DNA of 64,000 nt. Source: an uncultured delta proteobacterium. GTDB lineage: Bacteria > Desulfobacterota > Desulfobacteria > Desulfobacterales > JAFDCJ01. The DNA lies in contig CAVYNY010000018.1 of NCBI GenBank assembly GCA_963769935.1, forward strand, positions 224,001 to 288,000, given 5' to 3'. Positions 39,210 to 49,870 of this stretch are shown one piece after another; positions within the stretch are counted from its first letter, which is position 1, and each line of letters starts with the position of its first letter. Below the pieces are notes generated by a model. The model did no database searches and was not told where the DNA came from. It saw only the letters and a program-made list of their open reading frames with translations. Both the position numbers and the translations under genes were made by a program.

Positions 39210-39869
39210 ATGACGGGTCTGGATTTAAGCGTTCTGATTGAGTACTACCCGATTTTGCTCCAGGGACTGCTGTGGACCTGCATTCTGTGTGCCGCTTCGA
39301 TTGCGCTCAGCCTGCTCGGCGGTGTCCCGCTGGCCCTGTCCGGCATCAGCGGCAACCGTTTTGTGCGCTGGCCGTTCGGGTTTTTCGTCTGGATCTTTCG
39401 CGGCACGCCCCTTTTGCTGCAGCTGTTTCTAATCTATTTCGGCCTGCCCCAGGTCGGCATTTACCTGAGCCCGGTTGTATCGGGCATCCTCGGTCTGGGC
39501 ATCCACTACGCCGTTTACAACTCGGATGTGATGCGGGCCGGCATCGTGGCCGTCGAGCGCGGGCAGCACGAGGCTTCGCGCTCGCTGGGATTGAGCCGGC
39601 CCCAGACCATGCGCAAGGTTATCCTGCCCCAGGCCCTGCGCAGCGTCACCCCGGCCCTGGGCAACAACCTGATTGCGCTGCTCAAGGAATCGGCCCTGGT
39701 ATCGATCATAACGGTTCCGGAACTGACCCTGTCGGCCCAGCGCGCGATTTCCGAAACCTTCCGGCCGTTCGAGTTCTACTTTGCGGCCGGAGCCATCTAT
39801 TACGGCATCAACTACTTTCTCGAACTGGGCCTGAAACGCGTCGAGATGAAAACCGCACTGTCCCGCTAG
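39210..39869 (+). CDS. Amino acid ABC transporter permease
   Basis: [27 protein letters not shown]. Confidence 0.9.
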   Translation: MTGLDLSVLIEYYPILLQGLLWTCILCAASIALSLLGGVPLALSGISGNRFVRWPFGFFVWIFRGTPLLLQLFLIYFGLPQVGIYLSPVVSGILGLGIHYAVYNSDVMRAGIVAVERGQHEASRSLGLSRPQTMRKVILPQALRSVTPALGNNLIALLKESALVSIITVPELTLSAQRAISETFRPFEFYFAAGAIYYGINYFLELGLKRVEMKTALSR

Positions 39870-39882
39870 CGGTGGAGCACCC

Positions 39883-40626
39883 ATGGTAAAAGTCATCAAT
39901 GTCCATAAACGATTCGGCGACAACGAAGTGCTGAAGGGCATCAACCTGGAAGTCTTGAGAGGCAAAATCCTGGTGATCATCGGACCCAGCGGGTCCGGCA
40001 AAAGCACGCTGCTGCGCTCCATCAACCATCTGGAAGCCGTGAATGCCGGTGAAATCTGGATTGAAAATGTCCAGGTCAACCTGCCGCTCAAGGGACGCAA
40101 ATTCGAAAAGCACATCAACCGGATCCGCCAGGATATGGGCATGGTTTTTCAACATTTCAACCTCTTTCCCCACATGACGGTCATGGAAAACATCACGATG
40201 GCGCCCATGCTGCTCAAAAAGACGCCGCGCAAAACCGCCGAAGCGTTCGCCCGCAAGCTGCTGGCCAAAGTCGACCTGGCGGAGAAGGTCAACTTTTATC
40301 CGTCCCAGCTGTCCGGCGGACAAAAACAGCGCGTGGCCATTGCACGGGCCCTGGCCATGGAGCCGAAGGTAATGCTGTTCGACGAGGTGACATCCGCCCT
40401 GGATCCGGAGCTGATCGGCGAGGTCAACAAGGTCATGAAAAAGCTGGCCGAAGAGCATATGACCATGTTGATTGTCACCCACGAAATGCGCTTTGCGGCC
40501 GAGGTGGCCGATCATGTCATTTTCATGGCCGACGGCGTTATCGTGGAGGAGGGGCCGCCCCGCCGGCTTCTCCACAATCCAACCCAGGAACGCACCCAGC
40601 GTTTTCTGGCCGAGGTATTCAAATGA
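39883..40626 (+). CDS. Amino acid ABC transporter ATP-binding protein (GlnQ-like)
   Basis: [47 protein letters not shown]. Confidence 0.92.
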   Translation: MVKVINVHKRFGDNEVLKGINLEVLRGKILVIIGPSGSGKSTLLRSINHLEAVNAGEIWIENVQVNLPLKGRKFEKHINRIRQDMGMVFQHFNLFPHMTVMENITMAPMLLKKTPRKTAEAFARKLLAKVDLAEKVNFYPSQLSGGQKQRVAIARALAMEPKVMLFDEVTSALDPELIGEVNKVMKKLAEEHMTMLIVTHEMRFAAEVADHVIFMADGVIVEEGPPRRLLHNPTQERTQRFLAEVFK

Positions 40627-41318
40627 CCGATAAAATCTGTGCGATGGAAGACATCCGAAAGATCTTCAGCGATGGCCTGACGGTCATGGTGGGCGGCTTC
40701 GGTGTGCCCGGCACGCCCTTTACCCTGGTGGACGCCCTGCTGGCCAGCGGGGCTGCGGGACTGACCCTGATAAAAAACGAGGCCAATGAGGACCACATGG
40801 GGGTGTCCAAGCTGATCGAGGCCGGCCGGGTCCGCAAAATCATCACCTCGCACCTGGGCCTCAATGCCACCGTGATCGGGATCATGAACCGCGGCGAGAT
40901 CGAGGTCGAGTTTTATCCCCAGGGAATCCTGGCTGAAAAAATCCGCACGGGCGGCGCCGGTCTTTTCGGATTTTTGACCGACATCGGCATCGATACGATT
41001 TTAAAGGAAAAAAAACAGACAATCGTTATGGACGGCCGGGAGGTGATCATCGAGCCGGCCCTTACGGCCGACATAGCCCTGATCCACGCCGCGCTGGGAG
41101 ATCGCAGCGGCAATCTGGTCTATGCTAAAAGCGCGCGCAATTTCAATCCGGTCATGGCCACCGCCGCTCGCACGGTCATCGCCGAGGTCGAACGGGTGGT
41201 GGAAATCGGAAGCCTGGATCCGGATCAGATCCACACCCCGGGCGCTTTTGTGGACCATGTGGTTAAAATCAAAGAATTAAGCAAAGAATACGGGATCTTG
41301 GCACACCATGTCATATAA
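40623..41318 (+). CDS. 3-oxoacid CoA-transferase subunit A
   Basis: [38 protein letters not shown]. Confidence 0.9.
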   Translation: MTDKICAMEDIRKIFSDGLTVMVGGFGVPGTPFTLVDALLASGAAGLTLIKNEANEDHMGVSKLIEAGRVRKIITSHLGLNATVIGIMNRGEIEVEFYPQGILAEKIRTGGAGLFGFLTDIGIDTILKEKKQTIVMDGREVIIEPALTADIALIHAALGDRSGNLVYAKSARNFNPVMATAARTVIAEVERVVEIGSLDPDQIHTPGAFVDHVVKIKELSKEYGILAHHVI

Positions 41319-41958
41319 AGAAAAAATAGCCGTGCGGGCCGCACGGGAGGTGCAGCCGGGCCAGGTGATCAACCTGGGGATCGGCATACCGACCATGATT
41401 CCCCGGTATCTGCCGGAGGGCATGGGCAACTGGGTGCATTCGGAAAACGGCATCTTGGGCATGGGGCTGCGCTGCCGGCGTGGCACGGAAGACCGCAATC
41501 TGATCGATGCCGGCGGCAATTATGTCACCCTGGTGCCGGGTGCGTCGTTTTTCGACAGTACCCTGTCTTTTGCCCTGGTGCGCGGCGGCCGGTTGGATAT
41601 GGCTTTCTTAGGCGCCCTGGAGATTTCTCAAAACGGCGATCTAGCCAACTGGATCATCCCCGGCCAACACGCCCCGGGCATCGGCGGCGGTATGGAACTG
41701 GCCCAGAAAGCCAGACGGGTGATTGTCACCACCACCCACACCACCCGTGACGGCCAGCCGAAAATATTAAAACAGTGCACTCTGCCGCTGACCGCCAAAG
41801 GCTGTGTCGATCTGATCATTACCGAACAGGCCGTGATCGAAGTGGTCGCCGACGGTCTGCGGCTGCAGGAAATCGCATCCGACACCAGTATCGACCAGGT
41901 GGTGGCTAACACTGCCGCCGATCTCATAATACCGGACGGAGAACTGCCCAGGTTTTAA
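41308..41958 (+). CDS. 3-oxoacid CoA-transferase subunit B
   Basis: NLGIGIPT, SENG (catalytic Glu), GDLANW, GGGMEL, CTLPLT. Confidence 0.9.
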   Translation: MSYKEKIAVRAAREVQPGQVINLGIGIPTMIPRYLPEGMGNWVHSENGILGMGLRCRRGTEDRNLIDAGGNYVTLVPGASFFDSTLSFALVRGGRLDMAFLGALEISQNGDLANWIIPGQHAPGIGGGMELAQKARRVIVTTTHTTRDGQPKILKQCTLPLTAKGCVDLIITEQAVIEVVADGLRLQEIASDTSIDQVVANTAADLIIPDGELPRF

Positions 41959-41967
41959 GATCAATTC

Positions 41968-42026
41968 AATCACGAAAGGACGAAAATACGAAAAAGAGAA
42001 AAGATAAATTTCGTGTTTTCGTGATT
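41968..42026. repeat. Inverted-repeat element built from CACGAAA-type units
   Basis: AATCACGAAAGGACGAAAATACGAAA ... TTTCGTGTTTTCGTGATT. Confidence 0.65.
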
Positions 42027-42080
42027 AAAAAATTTTTTCATAAATAATCGGATATTGGATAAAATTAAAGGACTTATCCC

Positions 42081-43358
42081 ATGACGGATCTGGACAAAAA
42101 CGAACAACAGATCATCGCGGCGACGGAAAAACTGGAAGCGGATATCGTCGATTTTGCCGGTCGGCTGGTGGCCGAACCCAGCACGCTGGGCAACGAAATT
42201 TCGGCCCTGCAGGTAATGGAGATCGAGCTTGAAAAGCTGGGTTTCGAAACCAGCAGAGTGCCGATCGATCCGGCGAGCCTCGCCGAACACCCGGGTTATG
42301 CACCGGTGCCTTGGAGTTATGAAAACCGCTCCAACATTGTCGGCATCCGAGCGGCCGGCGCTGAAGGCGGCCGCAGCCTGCTGTTCAACGGGCATCTGGA
42401 CGTGGTCGATCCGGGAGGCCCCGCCTTCTGGCAACGGGATCCCTTTGTGCCTGAAATTCGCGACGGCTGGCTCTACGGCCGGGGAGCAGGCGACATGAAA
42501 GCCGGTGTTGCCGCCATGACCTATGCCGTCAAAGCCGTTGAAAATGCCGGCTTTGCCCTGCGGGCCCCGGTGACGGTGGAAGCGGTGATCGAGGAAGAGT
42601 GCAGCGGCAACGGTGCCCTGGCCTGCATCCAGGCCGGTCATGACGCCGAGGCCGTCTTGATTCCGGAGCCGTTCGGACCGACCATCCTGACCCACCAGGT
42701 CGGGGTGCTATGGTTCAAGGTCAGCGTGGCCGGAGCCGCCCGCCATGTGCTGGCGGCAGGTGCCGGGGTGAACGCCATCGAGACCTGTTATCCCATCATA
42801 TCCGCTTTGCGCGGTCTGGAAGCCGAGCTCAACGAAGGCCCGCGGCCGGAGGCCTACGGGGGCATCGACCATCCGTTGAATCTTAATATCGGAATTTTTA
42901 AGGGCGGCAGTTGGCCGTCCTCGGTGCCGGATACCGCTGAATTTCACGGGCGGCTGTCCTATTTTCCCGGCATTCGATTCGAGGCGGTCCGCCAGAGGAT
43001 CATCCAAACGGTAATGCAGGCAGCCGACGAAAATCCCTGGCTGACTGCCAACCCGCCTGAAGTTGAATTTTACGGATTTCGCTCCGACGGCCACGGCATC
43101 GACCGCAACCTGCCGGCCCTGGCAACGCTCAATGGATGCCACCGGACGCTGTCAGGCGCAGATGCCGCAGCTTATATTGCCACCTGCACCACGGATGTGC
43201 GGGCCTTTCATCACTTCGGACGCAGCCAGGCCACCTGCTATGGACCGGTGGCGGAAAGCATCCATGGCGCCAATGAAAGGGTTAATCTCGGCAGCGTAAT
43301 CCAGACGGCCAAAACCTATGCCCTTTTTGCGGCCCGCTGGTGCGGACTGGTTGAATAA
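42081..43358 (+). CDS. ArgE/DapE family M20 deacylase
   Basis: NGHLDVV, GRGAGDMKAG, IEEECSGNG, HGANE. Confidence 0.92.
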   Translation: MTDLDKNEQQIIAATEKLEADIVDFAGRLVAEPSTLGNEISALQVMEIELEKLGFETSRVPIDPASLAEHPGYAPVPWSYENRSNIVGIRAAGAEGGRSLLFNGHLDVVDPGGPAFWQRDPFVPEIRDGWLYGRGAGDMKAGVAAMTYAVKAVENAGFALRAPVTVEAVIEEECSGNGALACIQAGHDAEAVLIPEPFGPTILTHQVGVLWFKVSVAGAARHVLAAGAGVNAIETCYPIISALRGLEAELNEGPRPEAYGGIDHPLNLNIGIFKGGSWPSSVPDTAEFHGRLSYFPGIRFEAVRQRIIQTVMQAADENPWLTANPPEVEFYGFRSDGHGIDRNLPALATLNGCHRTLSGADAAAYIATCTTDVRAFHHFGRSQATCYGPVAESIHGANERVNLGSVIQTAKTYALFAARWCGLVE

Positions 43359-43424
43359 CGAAACGGTCAATGCAGCGGGCCGGCAGCCAAGTTCAGTCTC
43401 CCCTCCGGAGGGTTACTCATTCCA

Positions 43425-44699
43425 TCAGTTTTCCGGTGGTCGCTGATGCGAAGAATCGGCCGGGGCGCTGCCCGCCTTTTTAAGCAACTCCCGGTCTTTT
43501 TCCATAAAATATACCCAGGCATTGCGGGACATGAGGCAATAATCTGCTTCACACAGCTTCTCCAGGATCTCGAGGTGCAATTCACGCGCTGCAACATGGT
43601 CAGGCTCCTGCTTCAGCAAAATATCGAGCACCTGCAAGGCCAGCTGAGCCTGGTCCCGGGTCAGCAACGTCTGCGCCCTTTTTAAAATGGCCTCGGGATC
43701 GCCGATCAGGCTGTAAATCTCTCTATTGACCTCACTTTCAGGCCGGGGCAGGAGGTTGGCCGGGTTGTTGTCGAAATAGCCGTGATACCAGCGGTAAATA
43801 TTATATACGGCAAATTCGGGCCTTGAATATATAAATTGCAGCGCCTTGTTATCTCTGAGATGGTCCGGCAGCTTGACCGCATGGATCATTTCAGCCACCG
43901 GAATATCTTTGTTAATGCCGTCCACCACCTGATCGTGAATGGAATAGATGCCCTCGATATTCGCATCCAACAATTCTTTCACCGCCTGCCTGCCCTGATA
44001 AACCGCCTGCCCGCCGTGGGCAATCAACAGCGCTGCACTTTTTGCCCGAACCTCTTCCAGTGCCCGGGCCCAGGAAAGTGCAAACCGCGTCGGTTTCCAG
44101 GGGTTGCCGATATTCGGATACCCGGCAATAATCAAATCCCCCACAAAAACCGTCTCAACCTCGGGCACATACACCCAGGCAGCGTCGTCAGTCTCGGCCC
44201 GGGCATGATACAATTCAAAGGTCTTTTCTCCCAGCTGGAACACCATTGACTCATCGAACATGATCGTCGGCTGAACAATCGGCGGCAGTCCTCGTTGGAG
44301 CTCCATGGGCAGATTGAACTGAATGGCGTTGATCCTGAGGTAGTGCTCCTTTAAAATTTCATACTTATGCAACCTTTCAGGTAAAAGTCTCTGTCCGATA
44401 AATTGGGGATGATCGTCCGCAAAAATGCTGGCGCCGCCGACATGATCCCGGTGACCGTGGGTATAGATAACGTATTTTACAGGCCTTCCGGTTTCGGCGA
44501 TTTCAGCTTTCATTTTGCGGGCCAGCCCCGGGTTCAAAAGGGTATCGATGACGACGATCCCTTCGTTGGTGCACACCCAGGATGCACTGGCAATTCTGAT
44601 TTTGGCCACACCGATGTCCCGGTGCGGATGTTCAAATTCCACCTGACCGGAAAGGATGACCTGCATGGCTTGGTTTTTTTGAATCGGCTGTCGAATCAT
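43425..44699 (-). CDS. Alkyl sulfatase (SdsA-like) metallo-beta-lactamase fold hydrolase with dimerisation domain
   Basis: THGHRDH, ETDD, VGDL, PNIGNP, RWYHGYFDNNPANL. Confidence 0.82.
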   Translation of the reverse strand: MIRQPIQKNQAMQVILSGQVEFEHPHRDIGVAKIRIASASWVCTNEGIVVIDTLLNPGLARKMKAEIAETGRPVKYVIYTHGHRDHVGGASIFADDHPQFIGQRLLPERLHKYEILKEHYLRINAIQFNLPMELQRGLPPIVQPTIMFDESMVFQLGEKTFELYHARAETDDAAWVYVPEVETVFVGDLIIAGYPNIGNPWKPTRFALSWARALEEVRAKSAALLIAHGGQAVYQGRQAVKELLDANIEGIYSIHDQVVDGINKDIPVAEMIHAVKLPDHLRDNKALQFIYSRPEFAVYNIYRWYHGYFDNNPANLLPRPESEVNREIYSLIGDPEAILKRAQTLLTRDQAQLALQVLDILLKQEPDHVAARELHLEILEKLCEADYCLMSRNAWVYFMEKDRELLKKAGSAPADSSHQRPPEN

Positions 44700-44735
44700 A
44701 ATATTTTCCTGACGAATATGAGTTGGGGATAAAAG

Positions 44736-45494
44736 TTAGAAGCCTTCAACGTCACCTACCGGAATTTCGATCTCACTGACAAAGCTGGTTGTGGTGGCCA
44801 GCCATTCAGAAATCAAAATGATATGGTTTTGCGGATCACGAATGACAATGGAGCGGTGAAAGACCGGAGTTCCGTCCGGCAGGCCGAGCAAGCCGGCACT
44901 TTCGACATCACACAGCCATGGTCGCAGGGTGGTCGTTATCTTCAGGGCGGGGTAGTGCCTGCGTTTGAGAACTTCGATGAGGATATAGCTGTCGGCCAGC
45001 AGATCTTCGCCGTATTCCGCGACCACATGCGCCGGCACGTAAACCTGCGCGACCCTGCGATGCCACGGCTTGTCGGGTGACTTCCATACCCTGTAGAGAA
45101 AAAAGATCATGTTGTTTTTAAATGCGGCGGATTGGTCCTGAAACAGTTGTTTTATGCGGCGGGGGGGCGTGATCCACCTATGAGACAAGGTGTGCGGTTT
45201 CATTGAAGTCAGACTGCGCAGCAGGTTTTCGCGGGAATTTTCGGGAACCCACATTGCCACGTCGACTTCGTCACGGATCAAGGTGCCCATGCCGCGTTTT
45301 TTAACGATCAGCCCTTCTTCAGCGAGCAGGGCCATTGCCTTGCGCACCGTGGCGTGGGAAACGCCGTAACGCGCGTGCAGGATATCGATATTCGGCACAC
45401 GCGAACCGGGCTCGATTTCGCCGAGCATGATTTCGTTCTTAAGCATCAGATAAAATTGAAAATAAAGTGGAATATGGCCATCTTTGAGTTTCAT
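44736..45494 (-). CDS. GntR family transcriptional regulator (HutC/UTRA type)
   Basis: PLYFQ...PGSRVP...YGVSHATVRKAM...GLIVKKRGMGT wHTH plus UTRA-like C-terminal domain. Confidence 0.88.
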   Translation of the reverse strand: MKLKDGHIPLYFQFYLMLKNEIMLGEIEPGSRVPNIDILHARYGVSHATVRKAMALLAEEGLIVKKRGMGTLIRDEVDVAMWVPENSRENLLRSLTSMKPHTLSHRWITPPRRIKQLFQDQSAAFKNNMIFFLYRVWKSPDKPWHRRVAQVYVPAHVVAEYGEDLLADSYILIEVLKRRHYPALKITTTLRPWLCDVESAGLLGLPDGTPVFHRSIVIRDPQNHIILISEWLATTTSFVSEIEIPVGDVEGF

Positions 45495-45505
45495 GGGCAC
45501 CTCAA

Positions 45506-45527
45506 TTATGACTATTTGACGTCATAA
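45506..45527. promoter_or_regulatory. Putative operator palindrome in the divergent promoter region
   Basis: TTATGAC-N8-GTCATAA perfect 7-bp inverted repeat just upstream of gntR. Confidence 0.5.
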
Positions 45528-45724
45528 CAATTTTTGCTCTTGACAGATTGCGTTCGCCATGTCAAGTCCTACTTTGCAGAACCGCGTCACCGGATGGAAA
45601 ATTTTGGATCAACGGCTGCAATGAAACCTTACCTGCCGGCATGGCTGGGTCTCGTTTTCAACTAATTCAACAGCTTGAAGCTTTATCGAATTTTTCGATG
45701 TTTCATCACAAGGAGGTTTTCCAA

Positions 45725-47050
45725 ATGAAGCGAAGCGGATCTTCAATTTTTGCGGTGTTTGTATCGGTCGTTCTGGTTTATTTTTTAGGCGCCGGCGCGG
45801 CGCCGGCCCTGGCGCAAGATTTCAACTGGCGCAAATACGAAGGCACCACCATCCGGTGCCTGATGAGCAAAAGTGCCTTCACCAAGGATAATATCAAACA
45901 CATCAAAGACTTCGAAGCGCTCAGCGGAATTACGGTTCAGCACGAGCATTATCCTTCCCAGCAGTTGCGCAAAAAAGTTCTGGTGGAACTCGGCGGCGGC
46001 AACAAGGATCTGGATATGTTCCAGGGGCTGATGAAAATGGCTTTCCAGTACGAAGGCGCCGGCTGGCTGTACCCGCTGGATGCGTTTCTCACCGATCCCG
46101 CCATGAAGGCCCCCGGATTTGATTACAACGATTTTTTTCCGCAGCTGAAGGCCAAAATTAATGGCAAAACCATCGGACTGGTCAACAGCACCAACCCTCA
46201 GGTGCTTATCTACCGCAAGGACTTGTTTGAAAAATACGGCATCAAGGTGCCGGGAAACTGGCAGGAGTTGGAAGCGGCGGCCAAAAAGTTGACCATGGAC
46301 ACCGACGGAGACGGTAAAACCGACATTTTCGGCTGGATCGCCCGCATGGACCAGGAAAATACCGCTCCGTTTGCAAGTTTTTTGTATAACAACAACGCGA
46401 CCTATCTTGACAAGAATCGCCGGCCAGTTTTCAATTCACCCCAAGCGGTGGAAGCCCTGGAAATGTACGGCCGCTTGGCGCGGGATTACGGTCCTCCGGG
46501 AGCAGCAACCATCGGGTGGAAAGAGGTTGTCGGCGCCCTGGCCCAGGGCAAAGCCGCCATGACGGTGGAAATCTCCATTTTCGCCAAAATGATCCTGGAA
46601 AACCCCAAATCCTCCAAAGTTGCCGGCAAGCTGGGCTATGCTCCATTTCCGGCATCCCACGGCGGCGCCTACAAGGCGGTTTTGCCCTGCAATATGTATT
46701 TTGTAAGTTCCATGTCTGAAAAGAAGGAAGCGGCCTGGCTGCTCCTGCAGTATCTCGGGCAGAAAAAAGTGGTTATGGATTCTCAGATGAAAGGCCTGCC
46801 CACACCGCTTAAATCTGTCTGGACGGATCCGCAATTCAAGGCGGCCGACACGCTGCCTGAACTTTCGGCGCTTCAATTTGATGCCATCCAAAATGGCATC
46901 ATCGGTTTCGAGATTCCCATTGCTGGATTCTCGGAGGCCAGACCGGTCATCCAGCGCTTGATCTATACCGCCTATGAAGGCGGCAATGTCCAAAAGGCTG
47001 CCGATGAGGCAGTGGCCGAAGTGCAGGAAATTATGAAGCGAACGGAGTAG
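45725..47050 (+). CDS. Carbohydrate (CUT1) ABC transporter substrate-binding protein
   Basis: Signal peptide ending ALA-Q; YRKDLFEKYGIKVP.NWQEL; AGGAGG RBS. Confidence 0.88.
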   Translation: MKRSGSSIFAVFVSVVLVYFLGAGAAPALAQDFNWRKYEGTTIRCLMSKSAFTKDNIKHIKDFEALSGITVQHEHYPSQQLRKKVLVELGGGNKDLDMFQGLMKMAFQYEGAGWLYPLDAFLTDPAMKAPGFDYNDFFPQLKAKINGKTIGLVNSTNPQVLIYRKDLFEKYGIKVPGNWQELEAAAKKLTMDTDGDGKTDIFGWIARMDQENTAPFASFLYNNNATYLDKNRRPVFNSPQAVEALEMYGRLARDYGPPGAATIGWKEVVGALAQGKAAMTVEISIFAKMILENPKSSKVAGKLGYAPFPASHGGAYKAVLPCNMYFVSSMSEKKEAAWLLLQYLGQKKVVMDSQMKGLPTPLKSVWTDPQFKAADTLPELSALQFDAIQNGIIGFEIPIAGFSEARPVIQRLIYTAYEGGNVQKAADEAVAEVQEIMKRTE

Positions 47051-47060
47051 GCAAATCGAT

Positions 47061-47966
47061 ATGGGAAGCCGTTTTAACGGAGAATTTGTGCTGGATGCCG
47101 TTGATCGACACATCCGGTGGCTCTTTCCAACGCCGGCCATCCTCGTGGCCGGCGGCCTTTTTGTCTACCCGTTTATCCGGTTGTTCTGGTTAAGTTTCAA
47201 CCATTGGATGCTGGCAACCCGTGAGCCGCCGACCTTCATCGGGCTGTCCAATTATACCCAGGCATTTTTTCAGGATGCGCATTTCTGGAAAGCTGTCTGG
47301 CTGACGCTGTATTACGCGGCGGGATCCGTTGCCGGCCAGTTTATCATCGGTTTTGCGCTGGCGCTTTTGCTCAACCGAACCTTCAGGGGCGAGGCTGCCT
47401 TTCGCACCATTTTGCTGTTCCCGCTGATCGCCACCCCGGTGGCCATGTCGCTTGTCTGGTCCATGTTGATGAATCCGATGCTGGGGCACCTGAACTGGTA
47501 TCTTTCACTGTTCGGCATCGGACCCTCCAATTGGGCCGCCGATTCGGCCACGGTCATGCCGTCGCTGATCATGGTCGAAATCTGGCACTGGACGCCGATG
47601 ACCATGCTGGTTTTGCTGGCGGGACTAAAAAGCCTGCCGCGGGATCCGTTTGAGGCGGCGGTCATGGACGGTGCCGGCAAGATCCAGATTTTTTTTAAAA
47701 TCACGCTGCCCCTGATGCAGCCTCATATTTTTTTGATTCTGATTTTAAGGCTGGTGCAGGGGCTCAAGGTATTCGACAAGATTTACGTTATCTCCGGCGG
47801 CGGACCCAACCGGGCCTCGGAAACGCTGAACATCATGATCTATGATCAAGCATTCGGTGCGCTGAACTACGGATACGCGTCCGCCCTGGGCATGATCATG
47901 ATGGCCATGATTTTGGTCATTACCTTGTCCCTGTTTAAATTCAGGCAGCGGAAGTGGAGATATTAG
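47061..47966 (+). CDS. Carbohydrate ABC transporter permease
   Basis: FIGLSNY, EAAVMDGA, ITLPLM, GGGP, YGYASA. Confidence 0.9.
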   Translation: MGSRFNGEFVLDAVDRHIRWLFPTPAILVAGGLFVYPFIRLFWLSFNHWMLATREPPTFIGLSNYTQAFFQDAHFWKAVWLTLYYAAGSVAGQFIIGFALALLLNRTFRGEAAFRTILLFPLIATPVAMSLVWSMLMNPMLGHLNWYLSLFGIGPSNWAADSATVMPSLIMVEIWHWTPMTMLVLLAGLKSLPRDPFEAAVMDGAGKIQIFFKITLPLMQPHIFLILILRLVQGLKVFDKIYVISGGGPNRASETLNIMIYDQAFGALNYGYASALGMIMMAMILVITLSLFKFRQRKWRY

Positions 47967-47968
47967 GC

Positions 47969-48793
47969 ATGAGAGGCCGGGATATAAGCTTTCTTGCGCG
48001 CCGTACGCTGTTTTATCTGATTCTGGCAGCAGTGGCGGCATCCTTTTTTTTCCCGTTCCTATGGGTGGTTTTCACCTCCCTGCAGGATGCTCAATCCGCA
48101 GCCGAAGTTCCGCCGCACTTTCCTTTTATGCCGACGTTCGACAATTTTCGCCAGGTGATCGAAGAGGCCGAATTTATCAGCAGTCTTTGGAACTCGACGG
48201 TTGTGGTGTTTATGACCCTGGCGGCCAATTTAATTATTTCCCTGCCGGCGGCTTATATAATCGCACGCTACCGCCGCCGGTGGCTGATGTTTATTATCAT
48301 GTTCCTGCAGATGGCCCCCTGGATCGTACTTTTGCTGCCCTGGTACATCATCTTCAAACAGCTCGGTCTTTATGACACCTACATCGGCCTGGTGCTGTCC
48401 AACCTGACCTATATGATACCGTTTACCGTCTGGTTGATGCTGGGCTTCTTCGAGGATATTCCCCTGGAGGTTGAAGAGGCGGCCTGGCTGGACGGCTGCT
48501 CACAGCTGGGTACATTTATCCGGATCGTGGTCCCGCTGGCCAAAGGCGGTATCATTACCATCTGCACCCTTGGTTTCATGTTTTCGTGGAACATCTTTCT
48601 TTTCCCGCTGGTGTTATCCGGGTACAAAACCAAAACACTGCCGGTGATGATCTACGGCTTTCTGGCCGATAATTCCCTGAATTTCGGACCTCTGGCCGCG
48701 GCGGCGATTCTGATAACACTGCCGGTCATTGTCTTTGTTCTCATCAATCAGCGCTATTTTCGCGAAGGGGTCGCACTGGGAGGAAGAAAATAA
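47969..48793 (+). CDS. Carbohydrate ABC transporter permease
   Basis: IPLEVEEAAWLDGCS, FSWN, TLPV. Confidence 0.9.
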   Translation: MRGRDISFLARRTLFYLILAAVAASFFFPFLWVVFTSLQDAQSAAEVPPHFPFMPTFDNFRQVIEEAEFISSLWNSTVVVFMTLAANLIISLPAAYIIARYRRRWLMFIIMFLQMAPWIVLLLPWYIIFKQLGLYDTYIGLVLSNLTYMIPFTVWLMLGFFEDIPLEVEEAAWLDGCSQLGTFIRIVVPLAKGGIITICTLGFMFSWNIFLFPLVLSGYKTKTLPVMIYGFLADNSLNFGPLAAAAILITLPVIVFVLINQRYFREGVALGGRK

Positions 48794-49870
48794 ATGAAGA
48801 TCGCCAACGTCAATACCCGCCTGTATGAGGACCCATTTTTTCCCCAGCTTCTGGTGCAGGTCACCACGGCTGAGGGACTGACCGGCACCGGAGAATGCTG
48901 GTGGGGTATTTCACCGGCGGCACCGGAAATCCGCAATCTGAATTTAAATCCCGCCGCCATGGTGGACCCGATCGCATCCGTCGTCGAGAATCTGCTGCGC
49001 CCGCTGCTGGTCGGCAGACCGTCCGAGCGCATCGAAGACCTGTGGCAGCAAATGATCCATTTCGTCTACCGCTACGGCGACGAGGGGCTCGTGCGCTGCG
49101 CCGTCAGCGGGGTTGATATGGCTTTGTGGGATCTGCTGGGCAGGCAGGTCGGAGTTCCGGTGATCCAGTTTTTAGGCGGTCCCGTCAAGGATGGTCTGCG
49201 TGCGTACGCCAGTTTGCCGCCTCTTAAAGACCCCGGCCGCCTCCGGCAGGAATCCGGACGCGCGCGCCAAGCAGGCTTTTCCGGAATTAAACTGCATGAA
49301 ACGGATCCGGCAGCCGCCGGAATCGTACGGGAAGAGGTCGGTCCCGATGTGGCCCTTATGTTTGACGTAAACGGCCACTTTTCACCCATTGAGGCGCTCA
49401 AAATTGCCGCTTGCCTGAAGACACATGACGTCTATTGGTTTGAGGAGCCCGTCTGGCCGATGCGGGATCACCGCGCAATGGGGCGCATCAAAAAAGAGAC
49501 CGGCATCGGCATTGCGGCCGGCGAAAACGAATATGATCTGGACAGTTTTCACCGCCTCATGACCAGCGGCGCGGCTGATTTTATCATGCCCGAAATCACC
49601 AAAATCGGCGGCCTGACATCCGCCAGAAAAATTTCGACCCTGGCCGAAGTCTTCAATCGGATCATTTCGCCGCATGGTTTCCGTATCGGCCCGGCATTAT
49701 ATGCCAACATCCACTGGGCGCTGAGCTGTCCGGTCAGCGATTGGATCGAGGTCCCCTTCCTGCCTGAAGGCTATGAATTTCCGGCCGGAATCCCGATGCC
49801 GCCAATGGAAGACGGAACGATTCGGCTGCCCCAGGGAACGGGGCTGGGACTTCCGGAGGGGATTATCTGA
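48794..49870 (+). CDS. Mandelate racemase/muconate lactonising (enolase superfamily) enzyme
   Basis: DMALWDLLG, metal ligands in FDVN, FEEP and AGEN; catalytic His in SPH. Confidence 0.88.
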   Translation: MKIANVNTRLYEDPFFPQLLVQVTTAEGLTGTGECWWGISPAAPEIRNLNLNPAAMVDPIASVVENLLRPLLVGRPSERIEDLWQQMIHFVYRYGDEGLVRCAVSGVDMALWDLLGRQVGVPVIQFLGGPVKDGLRAYASLPPLKDPGRLRQESGRARQAGFSGIKLHETDPAAAGIVREEVGPDVALMFDVNGHFSPIEALKIAACLKTHDVYWFEEPVWPMRDHRAMGRIKKETGIGIAAGENEYDLDSFHRLMTSGAADFIMPEITKIGGLTSARKISTLAEVFNRIISPHGFRIGPALYANIHWALSCPVSDWIEVPFLPEGYEFPAGIPMPPMEDGTIRLPQGTGLGLPEGII

